Positions 34,739 to 48,026 of a stretch of DNA of 64,000 nucleotides are shown in pieces. Numbering within the stretch: position 1 is the first letter of the stretch; every line of letters starts with the position of its first letter. Where the stretch lies: the NCBI RefSeq assembly GCF_004010195.1, contig NC_057718.1, forward strand, positions 23,342,637 to 23,406,636, written 5' to 3'. The position numbers were made by a program, and so were the translations under genes. This DNA comes from Chiloscyllium plagiosum (lineage: Eukaryota). The notes below the pieces were generated by a model, which was not told the DNA's origin, did not search any database, and was given only the letters and a program-made list of their open reading frames with translations.

Positions 34739-35083
34739 CCTACTTGCTGGACTACAAGTCCGGATCCCATCCCCCTGCCAAATTAGTTTAACCCCCCCGA
34801 AGAGTGCCCTCTGTCTCCTACAACTGAGCCAATTTTGAATGCACTTATCAAATTATTCTGTATCCCATATATATTTGCCTTCTGAGAAAGTCTCCTAGGT
34901 GGGACCTTGTCAAAGGCTTTGAATGAAATCCATATGCATTACATTAATTGCACAGCCCTCATCTACATACCTGGTCACCTCCTCAAAAAATTCAATCAAT
35001 TTGCAGATGGCACATGTAGCAGGTATGAGTGACATTGATTTATCACTGTGTCAGACAGCAACATCTTCACTCCTTATACTGAT

Positions 35084-35497
35084 TTAAAAATCACACAATG
35101 CCAAGCTATAGTCCAACAGGTTTATTTGGAAACACTAGCTTTGGAGCGCTGCTCCGTCATCAAGTGGTTGTGGAGAAGATCGTGGGACACAAAATTTACA
35201 GCAAAAGTTCACAGTGTGATGTGACTGAAATTATGTTGGCTTCAGCATGCCCATTCGAAAAGATGAGAGACTTAACAAGCAATCCAGGTCTTTTTCAATA
35301 TATAATTTCAGTTACATCACACTGTAAACTTTTGCTATAAATTCTGTGTCCTATGATCTTACACTCCACAACCACCTGATGACAGAACAGCGATCCAAAA
35401 GCTAGTGCTTCCAATTAAACCTGTTGGACTATAACCTGGTTTTGTGTGATTTTTAATTTTGTACACCCCAGTCCAATACCAGCATCTCTAAATCATG
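35084..35497. mobile_element. Long fold-back family A element
   Basis: About 150-bp inverted arms (35084-35234 and 35300-35456), right-hand extension to 35496, decayed hammerhead in each arm, probable TSD CCTTATACTGAT / CCCTGTATTGAT. Confidence 0.85.
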
Positions 35498-36134
35498 CCC
35501 TGTATTGATCATTCCATCATGACTAGCTGCCTGGCTTTGCGTCTGTAGTAAAAGGCAAGGCAAGACAGAAGGACAATGAGCCTGCAAGTTCTGAATGAGC
35601 CTAACACAAATAAAGAAGAGATGCAAGTAGTATCCAAAGAAAGTGAGTGAGTCTTCAGACAGCAAGTAAAGAACTCAGGAATGCATCCTGTTCCATTAAA
35701 TGAAATGGGTGCCTGTTCCTGGCCAAGCAGCGTCTTTGCAATGAAAGATGTTGTGTTCTAAATTGCAGCATTCAAGTTGTGAACTGTATTTTAATTGAAT
35801 TGGGGCTGTCATGATGGTGAAGTGAGGTTGGAATATGTTGGATGCCAATTTCCAAAGATAGAAATTTGCATGCAGTCAGTGTCCATAAAGTGTGCCCTGA
35901 TTTTGGGGAATGCAAGACTAAATAGAGGCCTGAGGAGCAAGCCATAATCTGAAGTACAAGCTCCAAATGGTACAAGTTCAGACTTTCATATTAAGAACGA
36001 TTGCCTTCTCTTTTCTCTTCATTGCATAGCAATAGCGATCTGTATATACAGGTTGTTCTGCTATAACACTAAACATAATACAGATCTCTGAAGCATGTCT
36101 CTCTCTTGAATAGTTAATTCCAATCATTCTCTCA

Positions 36135-36876
36135 CCATTTCATTTTGGAAGAACAAATAAGAATGCGGAATTCAGGGTTAATGGTAGGGTTCTTAGTCAG
36201 GTGGAGGAACAGAGGGATCTTGGGGTCTATGTACATAGATCTTTGAAGGTTGCCACTCAGGTGGATAGAGTTTGTAAGAAGGCCTATGGAGTATTATCGT
36301 TCATTAGCAGAGGGATTGAATTCAAGAGTCGTGAAGTGATGTTGCAGCTGTACAGGACTTTGGTTAGGCCACAGTTGGAGTACTGTGTGCAGTTCTGGTC
36401 GCCTCACTTTAGGAAAGATGTGGAAGCTTTGGAGAGGGTGCAGAGAAGATTTACCAGGATGTTGCCTGGAATGGAGAATAGATCGTACAAGGATAGTTTG
36501 AGAGTGCTAGGCCTTTTCTCTTTGGAACGGCGAAGGATGAGGGGTGACTTGATAGAGGTTTATAAGATGATCAGGGGAATAGATAGAGTAGACAGTCAGA
36601 AACTTTTTCCCCGGGTACAACAGACATAAGGGGACATAAATTTAAGGTGAAGGGTGGAAGGTATAGGGGAGATGTCAGGGGTGGGTTCTTTACCCAGAGA
36701 GTGGTGGGGGCATGGAATGCGCTGCCTGTGGGAGTGGTAGAGTCAGAATCTTTGGTGACCTTTAAGCGGCAATTGGATAGGTACATGGATGGATGCTTAA
36801 GCTAGGACAAATGTTCGGCACAACATCATGGGCCGAAGGGCCTGTTCTGTGCTGTACTGTTCTATGTTCTATGTTC
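36135..36876 (+). mobile_element. 5'-truncated CR1 LINE, (TGTTCTA)n-tail subfamily
   Basis: ORF 36201-36629 is an intact CR1 RT C-terminus; tail TGTTCTATGTTCTATGTTC. Confidence 0.95.
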
Positions 36877-37246
36877 ATGGTGGATGGATTACATAGTGTA
36901 AGAATCCACATTGAGCAGATGGCTACTTTATTAAACATTAATTAAGGGGAGTATAGGTCCTGCACACCATTTCCCATTTTTTTGGAATGCAAAATATCAA
37001 ATGAAACAAATTGCTCATTTGACATGATAGGACGTGTTTGGTAGAAGTGTACTCTGGAGCAAGGACCAAACCTAAAAAAGTAAGACAGTTTGAGTTCCTG
37101 ATGAACCAACCTAGATACTTCCTCTGAAATGAGGGCTATGAGAAATTATAAGCATTATGAGACATATTGTCTGAAAAAAAAACAAGTCAGGGAGATTCAC
37201 AATTAACATTGTTTTAAGCACACATCCATTAGGACATAACTGTTTC

Positions 37247-37875
37247 TGCTTTCCTTTATTGATCAGAGCATTGAGTACAGGAGTTGGGAGGTCATGTTGT
37301 GGCTGTATAGGACATTGGTTAGGCCACTGTTGGAATATTGCTGCAATTCTAGACTCCTTCCTATCGGAAAGATGTTGTGGAACCTGAAAGGGTTCAAAAA
37401 AGATTTAGAAGGATATTGCCAAGGTTGAAGGATTTGAGCTATAGGGAGAGGCTGAACAGGCTGGGGCTGTTTCCCCTGGAGCATCAGAGGATGAGGAGTG
37501 ATCTTATAGAGGTTTACAAAATTATGAGAGGCATGAATAGGATAAATAGACAATGTCTCTTCCCTGAGGTGGGGGAGTCCAGAACTAGAGGGCATAGGTT
37601 TAGGGTGAGAGGAGAAAGATATAAAAGGGACATAAGCGGCAACTCTTTCACACAGAGGGTGGTACAGGTGTGGAATGAGCTGCCAGAGGAAGTGGTGGAG
37701 GCTGGTACAATTGCAACATTTAAGAGGCATTTGGATGGGTATATGAATAGGAAGTGTTTGGAAGGATATGGGCCGGCTGCTGGCAGGTGGGACTAGATTG
37801 GGTTGGGATATCTGGTCGGCATGGACGAGTTGGACGGAAGGGTCTATTTCCATACTGTACGTCTCTATGACTCTA
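37247..37875 (+). mobile_element. 5'-truncated CR1 LINE
   Basis: ORF 37377-37796 ends GRWD; tail CTCTATGACTCTA. Confidence 0.95.
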
Positions 37876-40203
37876 ATTGCTATAGGGAGCTATCTTCTTT
37901 GGGTTTCGGTCAGCAGAGACATATTGAGTGATACTTAATGGAGATCGTGGAATGTCTCCTGTAATTGGAGAGCAAGTGAGAGCTCTCCCTTACCATAATC
38001 GAATCAGCCATGATCTTATAAAATGGCGGAACAGGCTTGAAGGGTCAAGTGGCCTCATCTTATTCCTTGTTCGTATTGTTGTCTTGATTTTTAAATGGTC
38101 AACCACCAGAGACTGAGTATGGGTTTTTAAGATAGTTGTACTTCAGTGATGCAAGGAGAGACCTGTCTCAGTTATTAGACTGAATCAAAACTCTAAAATG
38201 TACAGAAGAGTTGATTCTCTTTATACCATTATCATCTTCTTATCAACATTCTAAACTGCTTCATATGCAGCACATAAAGTAAATGTCCCTTCTGTGTTAA
38301 TGTGTTAAGGTCTCCTTCACCTAGTCAGGGAGTAAATAATGAATCTTCCCTGGATGTTGCTGTCTCTTTATTAGTGTCTGTCTTATATTGTTTTTTCCTT
38401 CTTAGAATGTTTTTGTTAACACTGTCTCTTGTTTACATAGATGCCTGCAGGGATTCTACAGACACCAGACTCTAACTTGCATAAGGTTCACTTCTTATAA
38501 AGCTGAGACTTGCCTTATATTTTTAGTATGGAAGCATTATTTAAACCTTAGAGTCTAAATACCTAATCTTCCCTTAACAGTATGTTCGTACGGCTCTTTT
38601 TGAAAAGCAAACTTGATACTGATGTTTAAAAGTAATAAGTGTGGCTGATAGGAATCATTCTGCTCCATCCTAGATCATGTATCCAAGTTCTGAAGCTGAA
38701 CAGGAATACACCAAATGCTTATTCAGAGACAAGAGTGCTAAAATCTGTCATGGAACCATCACTTTACAACTGCTCTAGCACCACTGACATTGAATTTCAC
38801 TGAAGATCATGCAAATTTCCAAACACATATTATCCATTTTGACCTTTTACTACATTCAGGTAAATCTTCAGCCATAGTGAAGAAATTATTTCTCCCACAA
38901 TAGATTTTCTTTTGATCACCAGCTCTGCAAAGCATGGCAATTACACTCATTGCTCTTGCTGTAGTAACACTTGAGCACTTCCCTGTCTCCGAGTTGTAAA
39001 CCTTGCTCATTATCAAAGGTTAACTGAATCATTAATGATTGTTGGGTATCAAATTTAGCTTTGGTTGAATCTTATTTACTATGGGATTGCTTAAATGACT
39101 GTGAGAGGTAAATTAGAATATGAACTATGCTCTGCTTGGAACAAAGCGTTAACTGCTGTTTGGATTAGTTGCTGCCAAATTGTCCATATTTAAAACAAAC
39201 CTCCTTTCCCATGTCTATACAAAAAACAAAAACAAGAGAGTGGTTTGATTCACTGCAGTATTTACATTTTATATTTTATGTGGCTTAGATCACTCATTGG
39301 ATAATTTTCCTGTATCCATTGTAGAATGGACAGTTCTGATGTGCATAAAGCTGACCACTATTCAATTCAAACATTATACAGTTCATAGGCAGTAAGAACT
39401 TTATATTTTGGATCAAGATCTGAAGCTGGTATGATGTCAAGTAACTTTTTTGAAAACATCCAGGATGCCACATGATTATAACTATAAGTTGCATCAGGTA
39501 AAAATCTATCTTCTCTGCAAATTCAATTTTCAAGGAAAACCACGTTTTAAATTTTGATGAGAAGTATTTTAACACTCGATGTGTCCTTTGGCTAGAGATG
39601 TTTTAAACACACTCTGAAGTACTTGAGTCTATGTTTAAAAACTAACATAAGGATACCATGAGAGATCTCATGCAAGTTATTTCCAAACTTTCAAACAGCA
39701 AGACAATAACTGAGTAATGCTAACGACCAGATGGAATCTATTGGTGAAAGGACTGTGCCTTCCAATTTTGTGTCTATTTTTAATAAAAACAAATGAGCAC
39801 AAAATTTAAAAACATGTGAGGAGTGAATGGAATGTAATCTGGCTAACAGTGTATATGTTGGCTCATTAGACTGGTTAAAAACAGAACAATTGATACTGAT
39901 TTATTTGTAGCTCCTTGTATATTGAAATGAGCCATTAATTGTACAGTGTCATTTTCCAAATCTGTTGATAAACTTTGGTATATGTGCCTCACTAAGACAA
40001 AGGGTTCGAGCTTCACTTCCGAACATAATTTATTGTGAAGGGAATGCTGCATCATGTTTTGAATAAAGAATTAAACAGAAGTCCTATCTGTACTTTTCTG
40101 AACATAGGAACACAGGTGTTCATGTCTTCAGGCCATCACACCCTATCCCCTTGTCGAACACTTCATCTGAGAGGTAGCATTGAGCCTCTGCAAGGTAAAG
40201 ATT

Positions 40204-40300
40204 AGCTCTGATGAAGAGTTATCTAGACTCGAAACATTGGCTTGCCCTCTCTCCATGGATGCTGTCTGACCCTTTGTGATTTCCAGGATTGTTTTTGTTG
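40204..40300 (+). mobile_element. Family D single arm starting with a hammerhead motif
   Basis: AGCT-CTGATGA-A-GAGTT-ATCTA-GACTC-GAAA-CA-TT-GGCT (40204-40242), followed by CTCCATGGATGCTG as at 27875. Confidence 0.78.
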
Positions 40301-40301
40301 T

Positions 40302-41060
40302 TAACCACATTATCCCCATATTCTTTTACATAATTGCTGTTCAGAAATCTTTCAATCTCAACTTTAACCATACTCAATGATTGAGATTCCAAAACCCACT
40401 GGATCAGAGAATTCCAAAGTTTCACAATCCTTCTTTATTTGAAGAATAGAAATAAATTTTCCAAGTCACTTGACTGCTCAACAAAGATCATTAGGTCTCA
40501 ACAAATAATTCCCAGTCAATCTGAAAATGACATGAAGATAGGGGCAGGAGTAAACCAAGCAATGTCCTGTATGAGTTGTACATTCAATACGATCCAGCCC
40601 ACCCTTAAGCATGATTAAATCTGGAACCCCCGGGTTAGAGACGTCCACAGATTCACAGCCCTTTGAATAAAGTAGTTTCTCCTCATCTCAGTTGTAAACG
40701 ATTGGCCCCTCATCCCGACACTGTACTCCATGTTTTAGATTCCCCAGCAGTAACAATCTCTCAGCAGGTTACTGATCAAATCCCTTCAGACTCCTGGCAT
40801 ATTTCAATGAACTTGCATTTCATTCTTCAAAACTCCAAAGAACATAACCTAATTTACTCAACTTCTCATCATAAAATAACTCCCTCATTCCATTGATCAA
40901 TTGAGTGAAAGTATGCTAGTATTAAGGCTTCCTTAATACTAGATCCCACTACTTAACTGGTGATTGATGTCAGGCTAACTACCCTGTAGTTCTCAGATTT
41001 CTGTCTTCACTTTTTCTTGTAGAGCAGAGTCATCTTTGCTAACTCCCAATCTGTTGGCAT
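40302..41060 (-). mobile_element. Cluster of old antisense CR1 fragments
   Basis: ORF 40219-40425 (KLWNSL...KVEIERFL) and further decayed 3'UTR/RT pieces. Confidence 0.55.
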
Positions 41061-41631
41061 TTTATTTTTATAGCTTATTTTTTAGAATCTTTGAGTGTAG
41101 GCCAATCAGTCTTGGAAATTTGTCAGATTGTAGTCCCTGCTGACAGTAATTATCTACTTTGTCACTCTTCTTAGCTGCTAGGTTATCTTCCATTCCTGGT
41201 AAACAAATAACTTACCAAGGAAGAACCAAAAAGTTTGCATCTTAGTTGCAATTAACATTTTGTTTAAACAAATACTCAAGGTTGGAATATCTGGACGAGT
41301 TGGACCAAAGGGTCTCTTTCAGTGCTGTACATCTCGATGATTCTAATAGAATTGAATTTATTATTTTGAAGAAAATAAAATTTCAGTATATGGGAATGTG
41401 ATTGCAACATGCATTACAATAAGATTTGTGTACACACATGGCCAGGTCTCCATGCTTCACCACTCCCTTTTAAAACAGTACAATTTCTTTAATATTAAAT
41501 CTCCCCATTTTTGTTTTCAAATTGAATGATCATTAAGTATATTCAAAGCTGAAATAGATATTTAATCAGTTATGGAATCAAGGGTTATAAACAAAAGACA
41601 GGAAAGTGGAGTTGAGGATTATCAGATCAGA

Positions 41632-42585
41632 TTTTTACAATATATGTTAATGATATAGAAGATGGTATCAGCAATAACATTAACAAATTTGCTGATGATA
41701 CAAAGCTGGGTGGCAGGGTGAAATGTGATGAGGATGTTAGGAGATTACAGGGTGACCTGGACAAGTTAGGTGAGTGGGCAGATGCATGGCAGATGCAGTT
41801 TAATGTGGATAAATGTATGATTATCCACTTTGGTGGCAAGAACAAGAAGGCAGATTACTACCACAATGAAATCAATTTAGATAAAGTGGTAGTATAGAGA
41901 GATCTGGGTGTTCTTGTACACCAGTCAATAAAGGCAAGCATGCCTTCATAACAAGAGGAATTGAGTATAGAAGCAAAGAGGTGCTTCTGCAGCTGTACAG
42001 GGCCCTGGTGAGACCACACCTGGAGTACTGCTTGCAGTTCTGGTCTCCAAATCTGAGGAAAGACATTCTGGCTATTGAGGGAGTGCAGCGTAGGTTCACG
42101 AGGTCAATTCCTGGAATGGCGGGATTACCTTACACTGAAATACTGAAGCGACTGGGCTTGTATACCTTTGAGTTTAGAAGATTGAGAGGGGATCTGATTG
42201 AGATGTATAAGATTATGAAAGGATTGGACACTCTGGCAGCAGGAAACATGTTTCCGCTGATGGGTGAGTGCCGAACCAGAGGACACATCTTAAAAATACG
42301 GGGTAGACCATTTAGGACAGAGATGAGGAGAAACTTCTTCACCCAGAGAGTGGTGGCTGTGTGGAATGCTCTTCCCCAGAGGGCAGTGGAGGGCCAGTCT
42401 CTGGATTCATTTAAGAAAGAGTTGGATAGAGTTCTCAAAGATAGTGGAATCAAGGGTTATGGAGATAAGGCAGGAACAGGATACTGATTAGGAATGATCA
42501 GCCATGATCATATTGAATGGCGGTGCAGGCTTGAAGGGTTGAATGGCCTACTCCTGCACCTATTGTCTATTGTCTATTGTCTATT
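41632..42585 (+). mobile_element. 5'-truncated CR1 LINE, (CTATTGT)n-tail subfamily, nested in an older CR1 tail
   Basis: KFADDTKLGG at about 41685; ORF 41981-42487; tail CTATTGTCTATTGTCTATTGT; ATCAGA duplicated at 41626-41631 and 42586-42591. Confidence 0.95.
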
Positions 42586-43911
42586 ATCAGACATGATCTC
42601 ATTGAATGGAAGAGCACACTCGATAGGCTAAATGCCCTAGTTCAGTTTACATGAATCTGCATATATTTGTTAGCTTGCACAGTGCAGAATGCTAGACATA
42701 GTAGGAAAGGAATTATACCATCAAGGACACACTTCGAAGATGGCAATTAAAATAATGTGAATACACTTTTACAGTGTTTTCTATCAACTCCACTAAGCTG
42801 GTCTGGGAGAATGTGTTATTGTAGCAACCTTAACAGACACAATATTGCAGACTCATATTGAATATTGAGACAAAGCATAACAACTGCTCATAGTTTGATT
42901 GCCTTTATAATGGCAAGATGCACTGTGGCACTTTAAAGAGCTTAAAATTCTGGGCACCATTAGCAGATTACTCTTCACTTGTATTACCTAAAGGAAAGCA
43001 GTTCTATTACAGAATAAAGAGAGGAGATCCACTCCTGCTCCTACTATTCATTTTTAGAATTGCTGACCATTCTGGCAGATACCTGTGCTGCCAATGGACA
43101 TGGTTCACCTTACTAAAGATCTGATTTCACTGAGTACATTCAGTGCAGACTCTGATGACTGGGTCAGTCTCAGCTACAACCTGACCTGATGGGATTCCAC
43201 AAGATTGGGATGTACCTCTTGAAGGTTACGGTAACTCTTGATGAACAAAGTTTGAACATACTTCTCTAACATCAGATTAAGTTGGTAAATATAACTGACC
43301 TCAACTTTCAATTAAATATGACAACCTCTAGTGTTACTCAAAGCTTAATTACCATTTATAGTGCAATAGCGTGGTCCCTACTTCTGAACCAAAAAGTCTG
43401 GGTTCAAGTTCCTCCTATTCTAGAGGTGTGACATAACAGATTGATTAAAAATATTTTGTAGAGCTTCTAATGTTGTCTTATTTCAAAAGGTGAACAAATC
43501 AATTTCTTAATTGCTTGGTATCCCCACTGAGTCTTTCGAAAGAAATATAATTTAGATCTGCCTTCAATTAGGAAATCAATGTAACAAAAATAGAAAATCC
43601 TGGAATTAGTTAACAGGTCTGGCAGATTGTGGAGAAAAATATAGAAGGCTGGATTTTGAGCACTCCAAACCTCCCATCAAGCGAGTGGAATTTTGGTAGG
43701 GTGGGCACAAAGAAAAAGGATGGGTAATCCAATGTGTTCCAACTCACCTCTGACCCAGTGCCCATTGTGGTGCCCCCTAGCTGTCTGTAGGCCTGTTGAA
43801 ACCCTTAGCTGTTTAAATAGATGGCAATTGAGGGCCACAAAACATCCTTACTACAGTAATACACAAGGCAGTAGAAGATGGGAGAAACAGACTACAACCC
43901 CCCCTTTGGGG

Positions 43912-44306
43912 AGGATCTTATTGAAACATATAAAATCATAATGTGAATAGATAAGATAGAAGCAGGAGGTTGTTTTCAATAATAGGTGAAACTAGAACTA
44001 AGGGGGCACAGCTTCAAAATAAGGAGGAGCAGATTTAGGACTGAGTTGAAGAGGAACGTCTTCATCCAAAGGGTTGTGAATCTGTGGAATTCCCTGCCCA
44101 GTGAAGCAGTTGAGGCTACCTTGTTGAATGTTTTTAAGGCAAAGGTAGTTAGATTTTTGAAGAGTAAAGGAATTAAAGGTTATGGTGAGGAGGCGGTAAG
44201 TGGAGCTGAGTCCACGAAAAGATCAGCCATGATCTTATTGAATGGTGGAGCAGGCTTGACGGGCTGGATGGTCTATTAGCGCTCCTACTTCAAATGTTTT
44301 TATGTT
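43912..44306 (+). mobile_element. CR1 3' fragment
   Basis: ORF 43986-44279 (RGHSFKIR...QRVVNLWNSLP). Confidence 0.9.
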
Positions 44307-45610
44307 CAAAGGCTTGTTTTTCCACTAGCATTAATGAAAAAGTAAGAAGAAATGTGAGTGCATCCAGTAGCCAGGGTGGAGAAGGGGGGAGGGAAAGGGG
44401 ATGGTATCCTAAATGTTTTTGTGGAACTGTCCCTGAGATCATTATTCCGACCTTGTACATCCCCAGAGGTTAAACCTGGTAAAAAAAAAACTACTTTAAA
44501 ATGAACGTAGTGGCCAGCCTGCAGGTCCGTGCTTAAGTATACAAAATGGATGAGACCAGCACATGTCATTCTGAGGCGTTACTGTCTTCTTCCTTCTGGG
44601 CCTCCAAAACTGATATCCACTCCCCATCCCCAAACTTATCCCCTTCCCTAGGGTGCCCAATGTTTCCCTGCACAAAAACAAACTGGGTGGTAGACACCAT
44701 TGGTCTTCTTCATTACTCTCCAGCAGCACCCACTCTGAGCTTTGACATTACTGGGCTTGCCCAAACTGCCAGCCAGTCAGATAGACACTCCTTGAGGACA
44801 TGACATCCCTGCACTGAGATGGATAAAGCCCATTCTCTGCTTGCTAAGGTCATCTAAACTCAATTGGTTTGCAACTTATTTTTCTACCTGGGGATAGTGG
44901 AAGATCACTCCCCACTCCTCCACCTATAAAATTCACTCCAGAGTTAAAGAATCAAGTTAAATATAACTCAGAACTGAATTCTCCAGTGCTGTAAAAAGTC
45001 ATATTCGGTTTGAAACATAAACTCTGTTTTTGTCAGTACAGATGCCCCCAAACTTGTTGAGTATTACCAGCATTTTCTGTCTTTAATTCAGATTTCTAGC
45101 ATCCACTGCCTCTTACTTTAACTGCAAAAATCAAATTCTATAAGCTGATGATTGGCTGAACTACATAACCTTATTATTCAGAAAGAAGCGAGTCAAAGTG
45201 ATTGGTGAACCTCTTCACAAAAGGGAAGCAAGGTAACATTTACCGTTTAGATAACCCCAATGAATATTCAATAAACATGGAGACGTTGATGAATGTTTTT
45301 AAGTTCTTGTAAATTGTTACAAATGATACATAAGACACTTATTCTGATGCATGTCACAATCACGCTCCCAAACAGTGCAATTTTATCTTCTTCAAAATAA
45401 CAAATAATTTTTGATTTTCTTCAAAATCACATAGCAAATACAAATCTGTAGATCCTGAACAAAATTTTAATTGTTGCTAAGATGCAAACTTTTCTGTCCT
45501 TCATTTTAAAAATTACTTGCTTACCAGGAATAGAGGGTAACCAAGCAGCTAAAAAGAGTGAGGAATTCGATAATTGCTATCAGCATGGAGAAACTGAAGG
45601 GATTACATTT

Positions 45611-45668
45611 CCTCATGGGAAAATCCCACATGGGAAACTCCCACATGGTAAACTCCCACATGGTAAAC
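45611..45668. repeat. 15-bp tandem repeat, about 3.9 copies
   Basis: CCTCATGGGAAAATC CCACATGGGAAACTC CCACATGGTAAACTC CCACATGGTAAAC. Confidence 0.9.
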
Positions 45669-45699
45669 AACTCTCAATCACTCAGAATCTTGGTATGTT

Positions 45700-47420
45700 T
45701 CAATCAGGTAACCTCCCATTCTTCCAAATTCCAATGAGTACAGGCCCAATCTACGCAACCTCTCTTCATAATAATAACTTTCCCTTATCCGGGATCAACC
45801 AAGTGAACCTTTTCTAGACTGCCTCCAATTCCGGTACATCTTTCATTCAATAACAACTTAAACCATTCACATTATTCCAGATGTATTCTAACTCATGCTT
45901 TGAATTGTTTCAACAAGACTTCCTAATTTTAGTACTGCATTCCCTTTCAAATAAAGATCAGCATTCCAATTGTCTTCCCTGTTACCATCTGAACTTGGAT
46001 GGGATAGTTTTGTGATTTATACATGAAGATGCCTAAATCCCTCTGTACCGCAACTTTCAGAAGTCCTTCCCCATTTAAATAATATTCAGCTCCTCTATTT
46101 TTCCTGCCAAAGTGCATAACCTCACATTTTTCCATATTCTATTACACCAGTTTCTTTTTTTCCAATTCACTTATCCTGTTTATTGAATCATAGAATCATA
46201 CAGTTTGGAAGAGGCCCTTCACCCCATCAAATCTGTACCACCAAAAATACATGACTACCAACACAAGTCCCACTTTCCCTCATTAGAATGTTCTAACACT
46301 CCAAGTGCTCATCCGAATACATTTTAAATGTTGTAAGGATTCCTGCCTCAACTACCCTCCTAAACAGTACATTCCAGCTCACCGGTCCATAATTCCCTGG
46401 CTTTTCCTTACCATCTTTCTTAAATAGTGGCACCATATTAGCCAATCTCCAGTCTTTAAATTCCATCAGAATTGTTAGGCATGATCTCTCTGTTACAAAG
46501 CCGTACTGATTATCTCTGGTCGAACTTTGTATCTCTAAATGAAGATCCATTTTCACCTTTCACTATTCTCTCCAATAATTTCCCTTCTTCTGACATTAGA
46601 CTCACTGGTCTATTGTACCCTGGTTTATCTCTACAGCCCTTCTTCTTCAGTGGAATCACATTAGCTGTTTCTCGTCCTCCACCACATCCCCTGTGGTCAG
46701 AAATGATTTAAACATTTGTGTCAGGTCCCAGTAATTTCATCCTTTTTCTCCCACAGCAGCTTGGGTTACAACTCATCAGGACCTGTGCGAACTTCCAATA
46801 CCACCTCTCTTATATAAATCTGCTCAGGAATTTCACAGTCCATCTTCTCAAATTGAGAACTTGCATTCCTCTTCTCCTGAGTAAAGACAGATGTGAAGTA
46901 TTTGTGACAAAAACAGAATTTGCTGGAAAGACTCAGCAGATCTGGCAGCATCTGTGGAGAGAAATCAGAGTTAACAGTTCTGAATTCTGAGGAAGTTCTC
47001 CATAGTTGCTGCCAGACTTGCTGAGCTTTTCCCGCAATTTCTGCTTTTGCTTCTGATTTACAGTATCTGCAGTTCTTTTAGTTTTTATTTTGTGAAATTT
47101 TTGTATCTTCCGTAAACTGTGTCATCCTCACCACTTGCCTTCCCACCTAATTTTATGTCTTCCCCAACTTTGACGACAGTACATTGACTTTTCCCATCCA
47201 AGCCATTACAATTTGTTGCAAATAACTGTGGCCTTCGCACCAGTCTCTGTGTCACTCCACTAGTTATAAGTTGCCATCCTGAAATGGTCTCTCTCTATTC
47301 TATTCATTAGCCAGTCCTCCACACACGATGATATATTGCCCCCAACAAACTGGGCTGTTATCTTATGAAGTTGCCCGACATGTGCTACATCATCAAATGC
47401 CTTTTGGAGATTTGAATATA
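45700..47420 (-). mobile_element. Mosaic of antisense CR1 fragments
   Basis: ORFs 45947-46135 (KCEVMHFG...QRDLG), 46293-46556 (DWRLANMVPLFKK...PGNY) and 46766-46951 (YFTSVFTQE). Confidence 0.75.
46906..47090. mobile_element. Fold-back family C element inserted in CR1 debris
   Basis: Inverted arms GCTGGAAAGACTCAGCAGATCTGGCAGCA and TGCTGCCAGACTTGCTGAGCTTTTCC; centre keeps TTCTGAGGAAG. Confidence 0.78.
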
Positions 47421-47479
47421 TTACATCTGAGGATATGTTGGATCAGTAAGGATTATATTTGTTTGATTCCAGATTATTG

Positions 47480-47842
47480 AGGGGGATCTCATAGAAACCT
47501 ATAAAACTCTAACCAGATGAGACAATGTAGATGCAGAAAGGATTTTCCTGATGCTGGGGGAGTGCTGAACCAGGGGTCACAGTCTAAGGATACAGGGCAA
47601 ACCATTTTGGATTAAGGTGAGATAAAACTACTTCACTCAGACAGTGGTGAGCCTGAGCAGTTTGCTACCACAGAAAACAGTCAAGGCCAAAACATTATGA
47701 AAAATTGGATTCGGCACTTTGGGCTAAGGAATCAAAGGATATGGGGAAGAAGCAGGGACAGACTATTGATTGGGATGATTGTAATGAATGGTGGAGCAGG
47801 TGCCAAGGGCTGGATGGCCTACTCCTGCTCCTATTTTCTACG
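47480..47842 (+). mobile_element. CR1 3' fragment
   Basis: GGGGATCTCATAGAAACCTATAAA...GAATGGTGGAGCAGG...CCTACTCCTGCTCCTATTTTCTA. Confidence 0.85.
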
Positions 47843-48026
47843 CACTTATAGTTTCTCACACCTCAAATGCGATGAGATATTTGGCATGAAATGTGAATGG
47901 ACTCCATATTGAGCACATTTCATATTGTGGCATTACTTGGTTACTCAGAAAAAGATTTTATTATGTTTAGCATCACAGCATACAAACCTACTTTTTGAGA
48001 AAAACTAATGAGATGACCACTTGAAT

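Noticed and set aside
43648..44940. Harbinger-like non-autonomous element bounded by GGCTGGATTTT and AAAATTCACTCC
   Set aside because: Putative TIRs are short and imperfect with no clear 3-bp TSD; not supportable by eye.
45482..45817. ORF with PHGK repeats
   Set aside because: Produced by a 15-bp tandem repeat running into antisense CR1 debris; no splice or homology support.
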